From: Clostridia bacterium
GTDB lineage: Bacteria > Bacillota > Clostridia > TANB77 > CAG-508
NCBI GenBank assembly: GCA_017469445.1
Contig: JAFUGK010000015.1
Location: forward strand, 75,964-139,963
Direction: 5' to 3'
DNA length: 64,000 bases
Part shown: piece by piece, positions 19,797 to 29,802 of the stretch
How the letters are laid out: each line of letters opens with the position of its first letter
How positions within the stretch are numbered: position 1 is the stretch's first letter
Notes under the pieces: model-generated
What the model saw: only the letters and a program-made list of their open reading frames with translations
What the model was told of the DNA's origin: nothing
Databases searched by the model: none
Translations under genes and position numbers: made by a program

Positions 19797-19995
19797 ACAA
19801 AAAAAAGCCCCCGCCATAGCCGTTCTGTGAAGAAATTTTAAGGACCTGCTCTCACAGGTGGGTGCCTTCCTCGATATTCCTGGGTTTCTTAAATATTATA
19901 TTTAAGCATACACGCCATATCAAGAGATTTTGGCTCCCTTTTTAAATTTGTTGGTTCTAAAATTTCAGCAATCACGCACTCTGCAGGGAAAATTA
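19797..19995 (-). ncRNA. Candidate structured cis-regulatory RNA / riboswitch-like leader with intrinsic terminator, upstream of 18103..19695
   Basis: A GC-rich island of about 190 nt in AT-rich DNA. It has hairpin ACCTG-tgagag-CAGGT and motif GAGGAAGGCACCC. The minus strand ends GGCGGGGGCTTTTTTTT about 100 nt before the adhesin start. Class not identified. Confidence 0.35.
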
Positions 19996-20350
19996 TTAAC
20001 TTATTTATTTTTTATTATTGTATAAGAAAAATCTACTTTTATCTTGACCACATATAAGATTTTTCTGTATACAAAAAGGTTAATTTACCTATATTCGTGC
20101 AATATTGCGTAGCAATTTGCACATGTGACCATCGAAATCTTTGATTTCGGTAATGGCCAATTTTCTTATACTTATAATACCATATACTATTAGTATATTC
20201 AACTTATTATTTCTTGATTTAATGCTTTTAAATGCAATTAAATGCTATTTTTACTTATTTTTAATAATAATCTTATATAATTTATATGTATTTATTATTG
20301 GACTTTTTATAAATTTTATGCTAAAATGTATATATATTGATTATTTTTAA

Positions 20351-20379
20351 GAGTCGACATAAGTCGACTCTTTTATTTT
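20351..20379. terminator. Terminator hairpin downstream of 20382..22661
   Basis: Perfect palindrome gagtcgac-ataa-gtcgactc followed by ttttatttt. Confidence 0.55.
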
Positions 20380-20381
20380 AG

Positions 20382-22661
20382 CTAAAAGTTCAATAATTCA
20401 TATGCTGTATAATCATTAACAAAATTATCTTTTTTCTCATATTTTTCATTTAAAAAGTTATTCCATTTTTCCTTATCCTTTACTAATGATTCAAATAATT
20501 GATAATCTTTATCACAAACTATTATCAATTTTGGTTTTTCTATAATTACACTTTCTACAAATTCATCTATTATTTCTTTTCTACGTTCTAATGTAAATGA
20601 ATCCCAAAGTGGCAAATAGCTATACTTGGTTGGTGCTAATCTTTTTGTTTTGTAATTAGCACTTACAGCTTCACTTCCACCACCAATTAATTGAACTGTA
20701 TCTTCTGGATTAGAATGTTTCTCTATATAACCCCTAATTGAGTATCTTATATCATCTTCAATTGGTGTTCTTCTGTCTATAATTTGATTCTCTAAAATCC
20801 CATAATTATAAATTCCAATTATTATCATAGCAATTACAACTGCAATTTCTGCTACTCTTCTTATTGATCTATTTCTAATTATACTTATTGCATATATAAT
20901 AATTGCAACTACAATAAAGATTATAGGAATGAATGTTATAAAGTAATGCATTTGAACTGCTCCACTTAATGAGTTTGAATATAAATTAATTAAAATAGCT
21001 AGTATACTTCCTATAATCAAATATTTAATATTCTTTTCTTTTATTTTCTTAAAAATTAAAAGAACTAAACTAACTATTACAAAAACTGCCATAAGAATTC
21101 CTGCATAAGTATCTTTATTAAATATTTCCAGCATATCTTGTACAGCCTTTAGCCTATCTCCTGTATTAAATCCTCCAAGTACTTGCAAATATGCTGTATT
21201 GATACATTCTATTAATGCATTATTCATAAATAAATATATTGCCATTGGTACACATAAGGTCAAAAATCCTATTATACCATATATTATCCACTTTCCAATT
21301 TCTTTAAATCTTCTGTTTATTATTAATCTTATTCCAATTAATAAAAACAACGGTAAAAATATTAATAATATATTTAGTCTTAGCATTGCAAGCGCAGCAC
21401 TGCAAATTCCAAGTAGTATTATTCCACCTTTAGATAATTGTGTATCGTTTAACATCGTTTTTACAAATAAATATATTCCTATCATTAAAAATGGTAGTGC
21501 AAAATTTTCTGATAATGTTCCTCTTTCATTAGTTGGCACCCAAGTACATAATGCATAAAAACATCCTATAACACTTAACAATTTATTTTTAGATAATACT
21601 TTTATTGTTTTGTATCCAAATATTGTTGTTATTAATAGTGATAAATATTCTAAAAAGTATACTCCAAATTCGCCATCAAATTTTAGTCCTATATAGTAAA
21701 TAAAATACAATAGTGGTCCTTTATTATCCCATGCTCCTGTATACATGAATACCCCATTTTGCATAGCATATCCTATATATGAAAATATACCACAATCATG
21801 TAAAATATCTTGATTATTTATTGGTGAATAATTAGTTATCAAACTTAAAAATAATGGTAATGCTACTAAAAATAAACATATTAAACTATTAGCAATTACT
21901 GTTTTAGTATTATAAATCAATTGTAATTTTATTGCTGTTACAATACTTCTTCTCATTGTAGTAAATACTCTCATCTTGCTTGTCCCTTTTTTATTATCAT
22001 ATCGAAGTTCAAAAGGTACTTCATCAAATTTTGCTCCAACTTTATTTACTTTATATAGTAATTCCATCATACATGCAAAACTTTTTTCTTTAACAACTTC
22101 TTGTCCAAATTTATTAATAAGTTTTTCAATAATTTCATAGGTGTAAATTCTATAACCACATGTATAATCCTTTACTCTATCTATATTTAAAACAACTTTA
22201 TAATATATTCCTGCAATATCACTTAATTTTTCCCTATATTTAGCTAATCCTTTTACTGCAGCCCCTTCTTGATATCTTGATGCAATAACACAATCATTTC
22301 CATTTTGTATTTTTTCTATCATGGAATGAATATATTTAGGATTTTGAGTGTTATCTCCATCCATAATTGCAAGTAAATCTCCACTTTGGGCATTATTATG
22401 GAAATAATTAACTGCAGTATTTATTCCTCCGCATAATCCTTTATTCACTTCGTGTTCTACTATCTGTATATTACTATAATTTTTGCATTTTTCTAATACT
22501 ACTTCTCTTGTATTATCAGTACTTGCATCATTTATAACTCTAATTTGTAATTTTAAATTGCCTTGTTCAAGTTTTTCTTCTTGCTTTTCCCATTCTTCTA
22601 TAAGATTTCCTATATTTTCTGCCTCATTATAGCAAGGCAATAACACATATAATGTTTTCAT
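20382..22661 (-). CDS. Bifunctional glycosyltransferase: N-terminal GT2 (DPM1/polyprenyl-phosphate sugar synthase-like) fused to about 500-aa polytopic membrane domain
   Basis: LLPCYNEAENIG...DASTDNT...DGDNTQNP GT2 signature, followed by many TM helices. Confidence 0.7.
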   Translation of the reverse strand: MKTLYVLLPCYNEAENIGNLIEEWEKQEEKLEQGNLKLQIRVINDASTDNTREVVLEKCKNYSNIQIVEHEVNKGLCGGINTAVNYFHNNAQSGDLLAIMDGDNTQNPKYIHSMIEKIQNGNDCVIASRYQEGAAVKGLAKYREKLSDIAGIYYKVVLNIDRVKDYTCGYRIYTYEIIEKLINKFGQEVVKEKSFACMMELLYKVNKVGAKFDEVPFELRYDNKKGTSKMRVFTTMRRSIVTAIKLQLIYNTKTVIANSLICLFLVALPLFLSLITNYSPINNQDILHDCGIFSYIGYAMQNGVFMYTGAWDNKGPLLYFIYYIGLKFDGEFGVYFLEYLSLLITTIFGYKTIKVLSKNKLLSVIGCFYALCTWVPTNERGTLSENFALPFLMIGIYLFVKTMLNDTQLSKGGIILLGICSAALAMLRLNILLIFLPLFLLIGIRLIINRRFKEIGKWIIYGIIGFLTLCVPMAIYLFMNNALIECINTAYLQVLGGFNTGDRLKAVQDMLEIFNKDTYAGILMAVFVIVSLVLLIFKKIKEKNIKYLIIGSILAILINLYSNSLSGAVQMHYFITFIPIIFIVVAIIIYAISIIRNRSIRRVAEIAVVIAMIIIGIYNYGILENQIIDRRTPIEDDIRYSIRGYIEKHSNPEDTVQLIGGGSEAVSANYKTKRLAPTKYSYLPLWDSFTLERRKEIIDEFVESVIIEKPKLIIVCDKDYQLFESLVKDKEKWNNFLNEKYEKKDNFVNDYTAYELLNF

Positions 22662-22679
22662 TAACTATATTCGCCCCTT

Positions 22680-23570
22680 TTATACTCCACTTAAATTAAA
22701 TTCAGGCACATATTCTTCTTCATGTTTACCTAAATCTTGCATATAGCCATTTTCTATATTTTTTTCAAATATATAATTTTCAATTTCTTCATATTCTTCT
22801 TTCGATATTTTTCTATTTATCTCTGGGATTTCTTTTGCTTTATATGTAGGAAAATATTGTGCCATCATACTTACATATATGTCATTTGAAAAATTTAGCT
22901 TTATGCTGTCTATAACTCTTTTTGTGTTTTCAATATTATTAGGTAATATTAAATGCCTAATTATTAAGCCTTTTTCTATAATTCCATTCTCGTTTAACTT
23001 TGGTGTTCCTACTTGTCTATACATTTCTTTTATTGCTGGTAAACAAATGTCATAATAATTTTTTATTCCAGAATACTTTAAAGCAATTTCATTGTTTGAA
23101 TATTTAAAATCTGGTAGATAAACATCTATTAGTCCTTCTAATTCTTTTAATGTCTCTACTTTTTCATATCCACTAGAATTGTATATTATTGGTATCTTTA
23201 ATCCATTTTGCTTTGCCAAAATTATTGCTTGTTTTATTTGATAAGCATAAATTGTTGGACTTACTAAGTTAATATTATTTGCATTATTTTTTTGCTGTTC
23301 TATCATTATTTCAGCAAGCCTTTCTACATTTACTTCTACTCCATACCCTTCATGGGATATTTTATGGTTTTGGCAAAATACACATCTTAAATTGCAATTA
23401 GAAAAAAATATAGTTCCTGATCCATTCTTCCCGCTTATGCATGGTTCTTCAAAAAAATGCAAAGACGATAAAGCAATTTTTACTTTATCTGTAGCTTTGC
23501 ATCTCCCTATTTGATTTTTTCTGTTTACTTTACATTCATGTGGACATATATCACATTTATTTATGTTCAT
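22680..23570 (-). CDS. Radical SAM protein, PflX/COG1313-like
   Basis: CNLRCVFC (CxxxCxxC) follows an N-terminal CDICPHEC...C cluster. Confidence 0.55.
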   Translation of the reverse strand: MNINKCDICPHECKVNRKNQIGRCKATDKVKIALSSLHFFEEPCISGKNGSGTIFFSNCNLRCVFCQNHKISHEGYGVEVNVERLAEIMIEQQKNNANNINLVSPTIYAYQIKQAIILAKQNGLKIPIIYNSSGYEKVETLKELEGLIDVYLPDFKYSNNEIALKYSGIKNYYDICLPAIKEMYRQVGTPKLNENGIIEKGLIIRHLILPNNIENTKRVIDSIKLNFSNDIYVSMMAQYFPTYKAKEIPEINRKISKEEYEEIENYIFEKNIENGYMQDLGKHEEEYVPEFNLSGV

Positions 23571-24120
23571 ACTCTTTTTCCTCGCTAATATGTCTATAAT
23601 ATGCTTCTTTTAAAATTTTAGGTTTTATTACCTTGTTTACACCTTCGTTGCTTATTCTGCCTAATATTTCCCTTATCATATCTTTTAATTTAGGATTTAA
23701 ATGTACATATTCCTCTGTATTTAACCAATACACTAAATTTGAATATTTTGTCCAATCCTTCCCTTTATATGTTTTAGAAGCAGCTATTTGATCACAAATC
23801 ATTTCTGCCATGTACTTGTATGGTATAATTGGTTCTTTTATTCTAGAGTACTCATCATACCAGTATTGTGGATGATGCTTATTTCTTCCATGATGGTGCA
23901 AACGCGCTTCTGAATAGCCTTTATCCTCTACGCATGCAAATATTGGGCTTCTATTTCCTTGGTAGTATTTTACTCCCTCCCAAAACTCTGTAGGAGAATA
24001 CTTAGAAAGGTCGTGTACTAGTCCTCTCCAAGGTATTCCTGCCCTAACACAAAGTCTAAATACAAGCCATCTATGTTTAGTTATTGTATTAAAATGTAAT
24101 ATAATATTTTTTAACTTCAC
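23557..24120 (-). CDS. Conserved hypothetical protein (His-rich, HD-like motifs LVHDLSKY, RLHHHGRNKHHP)
   Basis: Intact 187-aa ORF. Function is unclear. Confidence 0.45.
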   Translation of the reverse strand: MKLKNIILHFNTITKHRWLVFRLCVRAGIPWRGLVHDLSKYSPTEFWEGVKYYQGNRSPIFACVEDKGYSEARLHHHGRNKHHPQYWYDEYSRIKEPIIPYKYMAEMICDQIAASKTYKGKDWTKYSNLVYWLNTEEYVHLNPKLKDMIREILGRISNEGVNKVIKPKILKEAYYRHISEEKEYEHK

Positions 24121-24132
24121 TTTTTACTCCTT

Positions 24133-25221
24133 TTATTCTCCATATATCGCATTTTTAAATGCTGTACTTGTTTCTTCTAAATCTGCAACAAAATAATATA
24201 TTCCATCTATCATTTGTCCTCTTCCGCTTCCATTACCTTCTTCTTCAGATGGTATTTGTTTAGATATAATATTACTTAAGTATTCATTGCTATTTCCTAA
24301 AGCACCTGTTAAAATTCCTGTCCATTCACCTATATTCAAATTAGTCTTTACTTCTGATAATATACTATCACTTAGCCCTAATATTTTTGGCATATCCATT
24401 TTAGATACTTTTTCCATTACAGCTGTTATAACAGCCCTTTGTCGTTCTTCCCTTGTAAAATCATTTCCTACTGTTCTATTTCTAGCATGTGTTAATGCTT
24501 GCTCACCTGTTAAAGTAACTTTTCCATAAGAACTAACCTTCTTTACAGATTTTTTAGTTAATTGATATGATTCACTAACACGTTCATTTATATAATTCAT
24601 TTCAGCTTTTGTTATTTCTAATTCTACTCCACCAATTTTATTAATTATATTTATTAATCCTCTAAAATTAATTGTTACATATTCAGAAACATTTAATCCA
24701 AAATTTTCATTTATTGTTTTTAGAGCCAACTGTTCTTTCCCATATGCATAGGCATGGTTTATTTTTGTTTTTCCGTGTCCTTCTACTTTAACATAGGTGT
24801 CTCTTGGTACACTTATTAATTTAATAGTATGGTCTGTTTGATTAATTGAAGCAATTATAATTGAATCGCTTCTACCTCCATCAATACCAAGCAAAGCTAC
24901 ATTTTTAATACTATCAAATTCTTGCTTACTTACTTGATTTGATACTTCGCTATATAAATCATTTAAACCAAGTTGAGACTCATCTAGTTTTTCATATCCT
25001 ACTTTTCCAAGTATACTTGATGCAAAATACACTAGTACTCCAAATATTATTGCAAAAATTAATATTATAACAAGAAGTGCAATTATAATTTTCTTACCTA
25101 TACTCATTTTCTTTTTAGGCTCTTTACTTTGCTTTTCTTCTTTACTCTTCTTTACCTTTTCTTTTTTTACTTTTTCTGGCTTTGGATCATTTCCAGCCAT
25201 CCTTTTACCTTTTGTTCCCAA
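24133..25221 (-). CDS. LytR-CpsA-Psr (LCP) family polymer-attachment protein
   Basis: Lys-rich cytoplasmic tail, one TM, then LCP core LLGIDGGRSDSIIIASI...ISVPRDTYV. Confidence 0.8.
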   Translation of the reverse strand: MGTKGKRMAGNDPKPEKVKKEKVKKSKEEKQSKEPKKKMSIGKKIIIALLVIILIFAIIFGVLVYFASSILGKVGYEKLDESQLGLNDLYSEVSNQVSKQEFDSIKNVALLGIDGGRSDSIIIASINQTDHTIKLISVPRDTYVKVEGHGKTKINHAYAYGKEQLALKTINENFGLNVSEYVTINFRGLINIINKIGGVELEITKAEMNYINERVSESYQLTKKSVKKVSSYGKVTLTGEQALTHARNRTVGNDFTREERQRAVITAVMEKVSKMDMPKILGLSDSILSEVKTNLNIGEWTGILTGALGNSNEYLSNIISKQIPSEEEGNGSGRGQMIDGIYYFVADLEETSTAFKNAIYGE

Positions 25222-25244
25222 GACTTTACCTCCAATTATTTATT

Positions 25245-26414
25245 TTAGTCTCTTGCAAATAAATCTCTAGTGTATACTTTATTTGCAACATCATCAAGAG
25301 CTTTTTCTATTCTATTAGCTAAAATTATAGATGATTTTTGCTTTAGTTCTTCAAGATTTTTAACTACTTTAAAGCCATCAAATTCATTTTTATTTAAAGT
25401 AGGTTCATATACAATAACTTCTACATTATTTGCTCTTAATTTTTTCATAATATCTTGAATTGCACTTGACCTAAAGTTATCTGAACCTGCTTTCATTGTT
25501 AATCTATATATTCCAACCACTTTAGGTTTTCTATCCAATATTTGTTTTGTTATAAATTCTTTTCTTGTTTTATTCGACTTAACTATTGCTTCTATCAAAT
25601 TTTGAGGTACATCTTTATAATTTGCTAATAGCTGTTTTGTATCTTTTGGTAAGCAATATCCTCCATATCCAAATGATGGATTATTATAATAAGAACCAAT
25701 TCTTGGATCTAAACAAACACCTTCTATAATATTTTTTGTATTTAAGTTCTTTGTAACAGCATATGTATCTAGTTCATTAAAATATGCCACCCTTAATGCT
25801 AAAAATGTATTTGCAAACAATTTTATTGCTTCTGCATCTGTGCTATTCATAAATAAAGTTGGAATATCCTTTTCTAATGCAGCTTCTTGTAATATTTTTG
25901 CAAATTGTTTTCCTTTTTCATTTTCACTTCCAATTATTATTCTAGATGGATATAAGTTATCATATAATGCTTTTCCTTCTCTTAAAAATTCAGGTGAAAA
26001 GAATATATTATCAATATCATATTTTACTTTCATATTATTTATGAAACCAACGGGTATAGTAGATTTTACAACCATTGTTATATTATTATCTTTCATACTA
26101 ATAACTTTTTGTATTATATCCTCAACACTTGATGTATCAAAATAATTAGTTTCTTCATCATAATTAGTTGGTGTACTTATTATAACAAAATCAGCGCCAT
26201 TAAATGCATCTTTATAATCTAAAGTTGCTCTTAAATTTAATTTCTTTTCCTTCATATATTTTTCAATATATTCATCCTTTATTGGTGATACCATATTATT
26301 TATCATTTCAACTTTTTCTTTAATTATGTCTAATGCCACTACTTCATTTTTTTGGCTTAATAGTACTGCTAATGACAATCCTACATATCCTGTTCCTGCT
26401 ATTGCTATTTTCAT
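25245..26414 (-). CDS. ugd: UDP-glucose 6-dehydrogenase
   Basis: [21 protein letters not shown] Rossmann fold and catalytic [11 protein letters not shown] ggaggt. Confidence 0.85.
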   Translation of the reverse strand: MKIAIAGTGYVGLSLAVLLSQKNEVVALDIIKEKVEMINNMVSPIKDEYIEKYMKEKKLNLRATLDYKDAFNGADFVIISTPTNYDEETNYFDTSSVEDIIQKVISMKDNNITMVVKSTIPVGFINNMKVKYDIDNIFFSPEFLREGKALYDNLYPSRIIIGSENEKGKQFAKILQEAALEKDIPTLFMNSTDAEAIKLFANTFLALRVAYFNELDTYAVTKNLNTKNIIEGVCLDPRIGSYYNNPSFGYGGYCLPKDTKQLLANYKDVPQNLIEAIVKSNKTRKEFITKQILDRKPKVVGIYRLTMKAGSDNFRSSAIQDIMKKLRANNVEVIVYEPTLNKNEFDGFKVVKNLEELKQKSSIILANRIEKALDDVANKVYTRDLFARD

Positions 26415-26426
26415 TTTTACCTCCAA

Positions 26427-27401
26427 TTATTGATATAATTCTTTATTTTGTTTATACCAATTTACAAAACTTGTTATTCCTTGTTCAAATGTTGTTTTAG
26501 GTTCATAACCAATTAGTTCTTTAGCTTTTGTCACATCTGCATATGTTCTATCTACATCTCCTGGTTGCATTGGTAATTGTTTTATTTTTGGATCAATCCC
26601 AAGTACTTTTCCAATTGTATTAATCATTTCTCTTAATGATACGGGAGATGAATTACCTAGATTTAATATTTCATATACATCCTTATGATTAATCGTATAT
26701 TCACAAGATTTTATTATTCCATCTACAATATCATCTATATAAGTATAATCTCTTGAAGTTGTCCCATCACCAAACATTGGTATTTCTTCATTATTTAGCA
26801 TTAATCTTGTAAACTTATTTATTGCTAAATCCGGTCTTTGTTTAGGTCCATAAACTGTAAAAAATCTAAGCATAATTACATTCATGTCAAACAGTTTATG
26901 ATACACATGTGTCATAACCTCATTAGCCTTTTTAGTTGCTGCATAAGGACTTATTGCAAAATCAACTATCATATTCTCTCTAAATGGTACCTCTTTACAA
27001 TTTCCATATACACTACTCGAAGATGCCATAACTAAATTTTTAACATTATGTTCCTTCATCTCTTCTAATATATTTTGTGTTCCCATACAATTAACTTCTT
27101 GATAAAGAATAGGATTTTCTATTGATGGTCTAACTCCTGCCATTGCAGCTAGGTGCATTACTATATCTATTTTATTCTCCTTAAAAATTTCTTTTAAAAT
27201 ATTTCTATCTCGTATATCTCCTCGATACAACTTAAAATTTTCGTTCTTTGTCAATTCTTTTATGTTGTTTTCTTTTATTTTTTCATTGTAAAAATCGCAA
27301 AAATTATCTATTGCTACTACTTTATTACCTTCCTTTATTAATTTTTCACTTAAACTAGATCCTATAAATCCAGCCCCACCTGTAACAAAATATGTTTTCA
27401 T
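26427..27401 (-). CDS. NAD-dependent sugar epimerase (UDP-glucuronate 4-epimerase-like SDR)
   Basis: VTGGAGFIGSSL and YxxxK. It follows ugd. Confidence 0.7.
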   Translation of the reverse strand: MKTYFVTGGAGFIGSSLSEKLIKEGNKVVAIDNFCDFYNEKIKENNIKELTKNENFKLYRGDIRDRNILKEIFKENKIDIVMHLAAMAGVRPSIENPILYQEVNCMGTQNILEEMKEHNVKNLVMASSSSVYGNCKEVPFRENMIVDFAISPYAATKKANEVMTHVYHKLFDMNVIMLRFFTVYGPKQRPDLAINKFTRLMLNNEEIPMFGDGTTSRDYTYIDDIVDGIIKSCEYTINHKDVYEILNLGNSSPVSLREMINTIGKVLGIDPKIKQLPMQPGDVDRTYADVTKAKELIGYEPKTTFEQGITSFVNWYKQNKELYQ

Positions 27402-27410
27402 TTTTCCTCC

Positions 27411-28616
27411 TTATATTTTTTCAACAAAATCTAATATTTTTTTAGTCTGTACTATATTGTTTTTATTTTTTTTCACAAAATTTAATGCTTCAAAAGCTTT
27501 ATTTTCTAGTTCTTCATTTGGTTTATTAATTAAACTTAATATCGCTTTTATAAATCCTTCTTCATCCTCATTTTCAAACACATAACAATATTTAAAATAT
27601 TCATCAGGAATTCCTTCTAATCTAGTAATTAAAGCTACTGTTCCTACGGAAAAATATTCTAATGTTTTTGAAGGAAATGAATATCTTGTAAATTCTTCAT
27701 TTGAAGGTCTTGGATTAATCAGAATTTTAGCTTTTTTTTCTTGTTGAATAATTTCATTATTAGAAACTACTCCTCCATATATAATTGAAGAGTTTTTTTT
27801 GCTTTTATCTATTAATTCTTGCTTATAATCTCCATTTCCATATATCAATAATTTATATTTATTATCTTTAATTTTTTCAAATGCTTCCACTAGTTTATTT
27901 ATTCCATACCTCTTATCTAAAGTTCCTGCATACATAATAGTATTATCTTTATTCATATACTGTATATTTCTATCATAATTTTCTGCAGTAACCATTCCCT
28001 CTACTACTATATATGGTTTATTTCTTTTATTTATCAATTCATTCATATTTTTACACACTAAAACATATCCATCTAATCTGTCTTCAATAATGTTAGAAAG
28101 TTTTATATATATATAATTTTTAATTTTTAGTATAATATTCCTTTTTTCAAGCAATCTTAATCTATCTATTTCTGTAACAATTGAGACAATTTTATATCTT
28201 TTACTTTTTCTTAATAATAGATACGGAATAATATTTAATGGATTGGTTCCATATATTATAACTTTTTTTTCTTCTTTTTTATTCTCTTTGCTCCATAAAA
28301 GAATTTGTTTAATAATTGAAAAAAATATAGTGATTTGCTTTAAAATTGGTAAATTTATAAAACTTAAATAATTTATATTTATGCCATTTTCCTTACTTTG
28401 CTTTTTTTTCATAATTATTTTTTTATTTTTTGGATATCTAATGACTGGTCTTGTTGATAATACTGTAACATCTTCATTAAAGTTATTAAATTTTATTCCA
28501 CTTAGTATTAATTTTTCAAATTTTTGTTGTGCAAATGGATAGATTTCTCCATTTCCTTTTTTTATTTCCTCCACAAAACCATTTTCACAAAATATTCCAT
28601 TATATAATATTTTCAT
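27411..28616 (-). CDS. Glycosyltransferase, GT4 family
   Basis: GT-B fold C-terminal signature within the polysaccharide operon. Confidence 0.65.
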   Translation of the reverse strand: MKILYNGIFCENGFVEEIKKGNGEIYPFAQQKFEKLILSGIKFNNFNEDVTVLSTRPVIRYPKNKKIIMKKKQSKENGININYLSFINLPILKQITIFFSIIKQILLWSKENKKEEKKVIIYGTNPLNIIPYLLLRKSKRYKIVSIVTEIDRLRLLEKRNIILKIKNYIYIKLSNIIEDRLDGYVLVCKNMNELINKRNKPYIVVEGMVTAENYDRNIQYMNKDNTIMYAGTLDKRYGINKLVEAFEKIKDNKYKLLIYGNGDYKQELIDKSKKNSSIIYGGVVSNNEIIQQEKKAKILINPRPSNEEFTRYSFPSKTLEYFSVGTVALITRLEGIPDEYFKYCYVFENEDEEGFIKAILSLINKPNEELENKAFEALNFVKKNKNNIVQTKKILDFVEKI

Positions 28617-28617
28617 A

Positions 28618-29802
28618 CTAATCCCTTACATTTTTTAATTTTTCATAAAATTCATTTCTTCTACTTGTTAATATTTGATATTCATAATCTTTTGCTTTTT
28701 CTATATTTCTTTCACTTATTTTTTCCATTTCTTCAGGATTTTTTATAAGACTTTCAATAATCTCAGCAAACTTTTTATAGTCGTTTTGCTTTACTAAAAG
28801 TTCTGCTGGTAATAATTCAGGGATTCCACTTATAGGAGTAGAAACGCAAGGTAATCCTACTGCCATAGCTTCTATTATAGACCTTGGTAATCCCTCTGAC
28901 TTAGTTGGTAAAACAAATATATCCGAATTGATTAATTCATTTCTTATATCTACTTTATTAGGCAATAGTCCTGTAAACACTATCTTATCTATTATTCCAT
29001 TTTCTCTAGCTATTTCATAATACTTATCTTTTATCTCACTATCACCTATAAATTTTATTCGCAAATTATACCCTTTTTTGCAAAGTAGTCCTACTGCTTT
29101 TATTAATATATCTTGTCCTTTTACCATTGTTTTAGATATGTTAGCTGTATGTGAAACAATATATTCTTTTTTATTTTTATAATCCTTTTTAGTTCCAAAA
29201 AAAGATTCTTTTAAGTCAATTGAAGAATAATATGTTTCAAAGAATTCCTTTGTCTCCCCTTTTTTTCTTGCCCTAGAAGGATATTTTGATTGTAAAAATT
29301 TTTCTGTAACATATGATGCTCCATTTGCCCTATATGTTATCTTTTTTAGCATTTGCTTTAGTACAAAACCTATTATTTTATAATCTTTATATGCATCTTC
29401 AGGATCAGCAACTATTTCTACTGCATAAGGTTTATTTTGCCTTTTACATGCTAAATATCCTATGTATGATATTATTGATGGTAATCTATATATAATGCAA
29501 TTACAATCTAAAACTTCTTTTTTTATTTCTGTTTTAATCTTACCATAATTTTTTATATATTCTTTTATATTTCTTGCAAATGGTATGTCTATCATTTCAA
29601 TTTTATCATTGTCCACCCTTAGGAATTTTTTTTCATCAACTTTATCCATTTGTTGTACTCTGGTGGCTATTTTAAGTGTATCAAAAACTTTTAAATATCT
29701 ATCAAAAAATTGTGCATCTGTTATTCCTTTGCACCAATACTTTCCATCTTTTGTTTTAAATATATGCGAATCTATAACTAAAAGTAATTTCATGATACTC
29801 AT
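28618..29802 (-). CDS. Glycosyltransferase, GT4 family
   Basis: EGLPRSIIEAMAVGLPCVST motif. Confidence 0.75.
   Translation of the reverse strand: MSIMKLLLVIDSHIFKTKDGKYWCKGITDAQFFDRYLKVFDTLKIATRVQQMDKVDEKKFLRVDNDKIEMIDIPFARNIKEYIKNYGKIKTEIKKEVLDCNCIIYRLPSIISYIGYLACKRQNKPYAVEIVADPEDAYKDYKIIGFVLKQMLKKITYRANGASYVTEKFLQSKYPSRARKKGETKEFFETYYSSIDLKESFFGTKKDYKNKKEYIVSHTANISKTMVKGQDILIKAVGLLCKKGYNLRIKFIGDSEIKDKYYEIARENGIIDKIVFTGLLPNKVDIRNELINSDIFVLPTKSEGLPRSIIEAMAVGLPCVSTPISGIPELLPAELLVKQNDYKKFAEIIESLIKNPEEMEKISERNIEKAKDYEYQILTSRRNEFYEKLKNVRD

Noticed and set aside
19797-19995. Assigning the GC-rich island to SRP RNA, tmRNA, 6S or RNase P
   Set aside because: No tag-peptide frame or CCA end as in tmRNA. 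The GGAAGG/GCAGGUCC segments are in the wrong order for SRP helix 8. It is too short for RNase P. Class is left open.
20141-20350. 69-aa ORF in AT-rich intergenic DNA
   Set aside because: Extremely AT-rich and low-complexity, with no RBS. More likely promoter or spacer DNA.
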